Of a DNA stretch of 64,000 bases, positions 60,575 to 64,000 are shown piece after piece. Position numbers and translations under genes: made by a program. How positions within the stretch are numbered: the first letter of the stretch is position 1; each line of letters starts with the position of its first letter. The notes beneath the pieces are model-generated. The model had not been told where the DNA came from and searched no databases. It was given only the letters and a program-made list of their open reading frames with translations. Source of the stretch: an uncultured Candidatus Saccharibacteria bacterium (GTDB lineage: Bacteria; Patescibacteriota; WWE3; 2-01-FULL-39-13); NCBI GenBank assembly GCA_964370865.1, contig CAYJKF010000002.1, positions 84,719-148,718 of the forward strand. Direction: 5' to 3'.

Positions 60575-60982
60575 ATGGCAGATGAAAAAGCTACAACTCC
60601 AATAGAACAAGAAGGACAAAATATCGATATTCCGGTTGATACAACAACTGATACTGTTGTAACGGATTCTTCAAAATTGGCCAAACCAAACTTTAAAGTT
60701 GGTGATACTGTTATTGTAAATTATAAGATAAAAGAAGGGGAAAAGGCTAGAATTCAACCTTTTCAGGGCATCGTAATTTCCTTAAAAGGCTCCCAAATCT
60801 CAAAGACATTCACGGTTAGAAGAATTGCAGCTGGAAGCATTGGCGTAGAGAGAATTTTCCCTTTATTTTCACCAAATATTGATTCAATAGTAGTTAAAAC
60901 ACCTGGAAAAGTTAAAAAAGCGAAACTTTACTATCTAAGAAAACGAGTTGGCAAAGCAGCTCTCAAAGTAAAAGCAGGATAA
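60575..60982 (+). CDS. rplS: 50S ribosomal protein bL19
   Basis: Motifs F.VGDTV.V...I.EG.K.RIQ.F.G, TFTVR, GVERIFP and AKLYYLR. Confidence 0.97.
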   Translation: MADEKATTPIEQEGQNIDIPVDTTTDTVVTDSSKLAKPNFKVGDTVIVNYKIKEGEKARIQPFQGIVISLKGSQISKTFTVRRIAAGSIGVERIFPLFSPNIDSIVVKTPGKVKKAKLYYLRKRVGKAALKVKAG

Positions 60983-61031
60983 TTCATTTATATTTCAATA
61001 CTTTTTAATAACAATTAATTAATATTATTAT

Positions 61032-61379
61032 GTGAATAATATATTAGTTGGCAATCGGTCGGAAGAATACGTATTACGACATTATAGAAGAGAGGGGTGG
61101 TTATGCTTACTTCATAATTACCAATTTAATAAAAAGGCTGAATTGGATTTTGTTTTCATTAAAAACAAGACAATAAGATTTGTTGAAGTTCGTACCCTAT
61201 CCGCAAAATATCATCCTTACAATTCTGTGACATTACGGAAGAAGAATAAAATTAGATATATGGCAAGTATGTTAATTGCTAATATGCCACAATATGAAAA
61301 TTATCGAAAAGAGATTTTTTTGGAAATTGTGGATTTGAATAAACCTAACCTAATCCAATCAATTAATTTATTAAGCTAG
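61032..61379 (+). CDS. YraN/UPF0102 nuclease-like protein
   Basis: Motifs G..SE, NY, ELD.V, FVEVR and V...K..KI. Typical position near rplS. Confidence 0.7.
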   Translation: MNNILVGNRSEEYVLRHYRREGWLCLLHNYQFNKKAELDFVFIKNKTIRFVEVRTLSAKYHPYNSVTLRKKNKIRYMASMLIANMPQYENYRKEIFLEIVDLNKPNLIQSINLLS

Positions 61380-61389
61380 AATTGGTTAG

Positions 61390-62127
61390 TTATTTAACCA
61401 ATATCATTAGTAAAGTTCCAGCTATAAAAATCGCGATTGTAATCCAAGCCTTTGGTTTATTATTCTCTTGTTTCATTTCCGGTAGAAGGTCAGAGGTTGA
61501 AAGATACAAAAAACCACCGGCGGCAAAAGCTGTGATATAGGCTGTAGCTGATGTCGTAATATCGATGTACAAAAAACCAATAATTCCACCAATAATTGAT
61601 AAAAGAGAGACTACAAAATTTGATAAGATTGCTTTTTTAATACTCATTCCAGAGTGCAACATAACTCCAAAATCTCCTATTTCTTGAGGTATTTCATGCA
61701 AAATGACTGCAAAAGTTGTTAACACTCCCAATGAAGGATCCGTGTAAAACGCGGCTGCAATAATTAAACCATCGAGAAAATTATGGAATGCGTCTGCGAC
61801 TAAGTTTATCGTTCCAATTGTATGTTTATCATTTATTTCATGATGATGGTGCCAGTGTAAAGTTCTTTCCAGAATAAAGAAGGCTACAAAGGCTCCAATT
61901 ACAATAAGGTTAGTTGAATAAATTCCAATAGTGCTTGATGACTCAGGTATAAGGTGAAAAAATGCGGTTCCAAGCATAGTTCCTGCCGCCAGCGCAACGA
62001 GAAATATTAAAATATCCTTAAGTAGCTTCTTATTAAATAGCAAAGTGATTGTGCCAACTAGCGAAATTAATCCCATGGCTGAGGTTGCAACTAGTATGTA
62101 TAACAAGATGGGTGATAACTGTTCCAT
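61390..62127 (-). CDS. ZIP family metal transporter
   Basis: Motifs AAG.MLG.AF.HLIPE, His-rich loop, HNF.DG, HEIPQE.GDF and AAG.FLY...SDL.PE. Confidence 0.93.
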   Translation of the reverse strand: MEQLSPILLYILVATSAMGLISLVGTITLLFNKKLLKDILIFLVALAAGTMLGTAFFHLIPESSSTIGIYSTNLIVIGAFVAFFILERTLHWHHHHEINDKHTIGTINLVADAFHNFLDGLIIAAAFYTDPSLGVLTTFAVILHEIPQEIGDFGVMLHSGMSIKKAILSNFVVSLLSIIGGIIGFLYIDITTSATAYITAFAAGGFLYLSTSDLLPEMKQENNKPKAWITIAIFIAGTLLMILVK

Positions 62128-62171
62128 TATGTGGATATTATAAACCATTAGAAAAAGTTACAATATAACAG

Positions 62172-63542
62172 ATGGACTTAAACGAGAAATGTGGAGTTGT
62201 TGGAATTTATGGTACCGAAAGTGATGCCAGTCGTTTAGCCTACTATGGTCTCTGGACTCTGCAACACCGGGGACAGGAGAACTCTGGAATAGCCTGTTCA
62301 AACGGTAAAAGAATCCTAGCTCACAAAGGAAAAGGTTTAGTAGCTCATGTTTATACAGAAGCGGATATCAAAAAACTAACTGGTCACATCGCAATTGGAC
62401 ATAATAGGTATTCGACTTTTGGAAAATCAGTTGTTGATCACTCTCAGCCTGTGTTTCATAGCTCACTAGCTTTAGTTCATAATGGAAATTTGCCAAGAGT
62501 AAATAAGATTAAAAGATTTTTAACTACTAAGGGCATATCATCTGAAGGATTAAATGACTCTGAAATGATGCATGCTGCAATTAAGTACTGGTATATAAAA
62601 GGTAAATCAATACAAGATTCAATTAGAAACTGTTATCCACTTTTTACTGGAGCATTTAGTGCGCTAATAATGGATAAAAAAACTTTAGTGGCAGTAAGAG
62701 ATCCGTTTGGAATTCGGCCACTCTCAATTGGAAGGGTAAATGGTACTTTCATATTTTCTTCTGAAACATGTACATTTGATACCTTAGGAGCCAGTTTTGT
62801 TAGGGATGTTATGCCAGGTGAAATGGTGTGGGTTGATAGTACTGGATTACATTCAGAGGTAATTGTTGAGGGGACTACTAATCTAGATGTATTTGAGTTT
62901 ATATATTTCGCAAGACCTGATTCAATGCTGCTTGGTAAGAGCATTTACGAAGTTAGAAAAAATTTAGGTATACAATTAGCTAAGGAATCAAAAATCAAAG
63001 CGGATATTGTAATTGCCGTGCCTGACTCGGGGATTCCATCTGCAATAGGTTATTCAGAGTATTCAGGTATACCGATAGAGTTATCTTTGATAAAGAATCG
63101 ATATATACATAGAACATTTATAAAGCCAGCGCAAAAACAACGACAGTCTGGAGTTAGCATGAAACTTAACTTAATTCCTCATACAGTAAAAGGGAAAAGA
63201 GTAATAATAATTGATGATTCAATAGTTAGAGGAACGACTTCTAAAAAGTTAGCGGAACTAGTACGGTCATGTGGACCCAAATCAATTCACTTTTTAATTA
63301 CTTCTCCTCCAGTTAAGTACCCAGACTTTTATGGTATAGATACACCTAATCAGTCTGAGTTAATTTCTTCAAGACTTAATGAAAAAGAATTAGCACAGTA
63401 CATTGGAGTTGATTCAGTGTCGTTTCTGTCATTTGAAGGAATGGTAGATGCTATCGGTGTTAGAAAAGATCAATTATGTACTTCATGTTTCAATGGAAAG
63501 TATCCAATAGACATAGGTAAAAAAAACATTAAGCATATTTAA
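62172..63542 (+). CDS. purF: Amidophosphoribosyltransferase
   Basis: Propeptide then CGVVG, LQHRGQ, GHNRYST, HNGN, RDPFGIRPL, YFARPDS and PRPP motif IIDDSIVRGTT. Confidence 0.95.
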   Translation: MDLNEKCGVVGIYGTESDASRLAYYGLWTLQHRGQENSGIACSNGKRILAHKGKGLVAHVYTEADIKKLTGHIAIGHNRYSTFGKSVVDHSQPVFHSSLALVHNGNLPRVNKIKRFLTTKGISSEGLNDSEMMHAAIKYWYIKGKSIQDSIRNCYPLFTGAFSALIMDKKTLVAVRDPFGIRPLSIGRVNGTFIFSSETCTFDTLGASFVRDVMPGEMVWVDSTGLHSEVIVEGTTNLDVFEFIYFARPDSMLLGKSIYEVRKNLGIQLAKESKIKADIVIAVPDSGIPSAIGYSEYSGIPIELSLIKNRYIHRTFIKPAQKQRQSGVSMKLNLIPHTVKGKRVIIIDDSIVRGTTSKKLAELVRSCGPKSIHFLITSPPVKYPDFYGIDTPNQSELISSRLNEKELAQYIGVDSVSFLSFEGMVDAIGVRKDQLCTSCFNGKYPIDIGKKNIKHI

Positions 63543-63546
63543 AATT

Positions 63547-64000
63547 ATGGAAGAAATCCAATTATCAAAAATTGCGAAAGTTGAGAATTTACTAAACAGA
63601 TATTGCTGTGAAGGTGATGAACTTGAAATGATAGACACAACCTTAGCTAGGACCTTTTATTCTAAAATAGACAAAAAATCTATCGCGGATAATTTGTGTT
63701 TTGATATTGCTTATTCCTTGTTAACAAAAAAGACAGACCGCTATTTTATAAATAAGGACAATAAAATCGAAATCGATAATTTATCAGTGAAATGGTCCCC
63801 GAAATTCTATAAAACGTGGAATGGAATTGAAACTTTGAAACTATATCTTTCTGGAAAGAATATTATTGATCCTTTTGCTGGAAGTGGAATATTTTCTTAC
63901 TATCTTCTATCTAGTGGAATAGTAAACAGCTTAACTCTTAATGATATTTCATATCCATTTAATAAATCTATAATGCATAAGGGAAATTATTATGAACCAA
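63547..64000 (+). CDS. SAM-dependent methyltransferase-like protein (possibly a DNA MTase), 3'-truncated
   Basis: My translation is open from ATG 63547 to the window end and contains IIDPFAGSG (motif I) followed by LNDIS. Absent from the ORF track because it has no stop. Confidence 0.65.
   Translation, partial: MEEIQLSKIAKVENLLNRYCCEGDELEMIDTTLARTFYSKIDKKSIADNLCFDIAYSLLTKKTDRYFINKDNKIEIDNLSVKWSPKFYKTWNGIETLKLYLSGKNIIDPFAGSGIFSYYLLSSGIVNSLTLNDISYPFNKSIMHKGNYYEP

Noticed and set aside
1247-62944. Many short antisense or nested ORFs in the track (e.g. 2307-2666, 21686-22132, 34224-34658, 62633-62944)
   Set aside because: They lie within well-supported genes, have no motifs and read as shadow frames.
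1-64000. Alternative genetic code (TGA read as Gly, as in some CPR lineages)
   Set aside because: Housekeeping genes are full-length under code 11, and TGA acts as a stop at several overlapping junctions (e.g. 43367-43369, 46817-46819).
1-64000. CRISPR array, prophage, integrase or rRNA
   Set aside because: I saw no spaced repeats, phage genes, recombinase motifs or rRNA signatures.

Overview
An AT-rich, gene-dense bacterial chromosome segment in standard code 11. Gene content resembles Patescibacteria/CPR, possibly WWE3/Microgenomates-like (inference only). From left to right: a surface-glycan cluster (GT-C-like protein, GT2, flippase, YvcK, GT4, phosphoglycosyl transferase, DUF4012); recO/glyS; a reduced dcw cluster (mraZ-rsmH-ftsL-ftsI-ftsW-murG-ftsQ-ftsA-ftsZ); ileS, rplU, rpmA and lepB; five tRNAs (Ala-GGC, Val-CAC, Thr-CGT, Gly-CCC, Asp-GTC); a type IV pilus locus between tRNA-Thr and tRNA-Gly; a pyrimidine/tRNA-modification cluster; lemA-htpX-gatCAB-pyrG-dnaE-clp-rplS; purF; and a truncated SAM-dependent methyltransferase gene. 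Most notable: (1) an Elp3 gene abutting, start codon to start codon, a gene with Trm9/ALKBH8 signature motifs, suggesting a eukaryote/archaea-like mcm5U34 tRNA pathway in a bacterium; (2) a dcw cluster that keeps apparently active FtsW, FtsI and MurG but carries intact-ORF MurA and MurF homologues that have lost their catalytic motifs, the latter coupled to an ECF sigma factor; (3) an MtrA-like/ThyA/DUF4346 fusion near a tandem nucleotidyltransferase-HIT-dCMP deaminase operon; (4) many -10 boxes sitting directly before start codons (leaderless-type genes). All family assignments come from motif recognition by eye, with no database searches.
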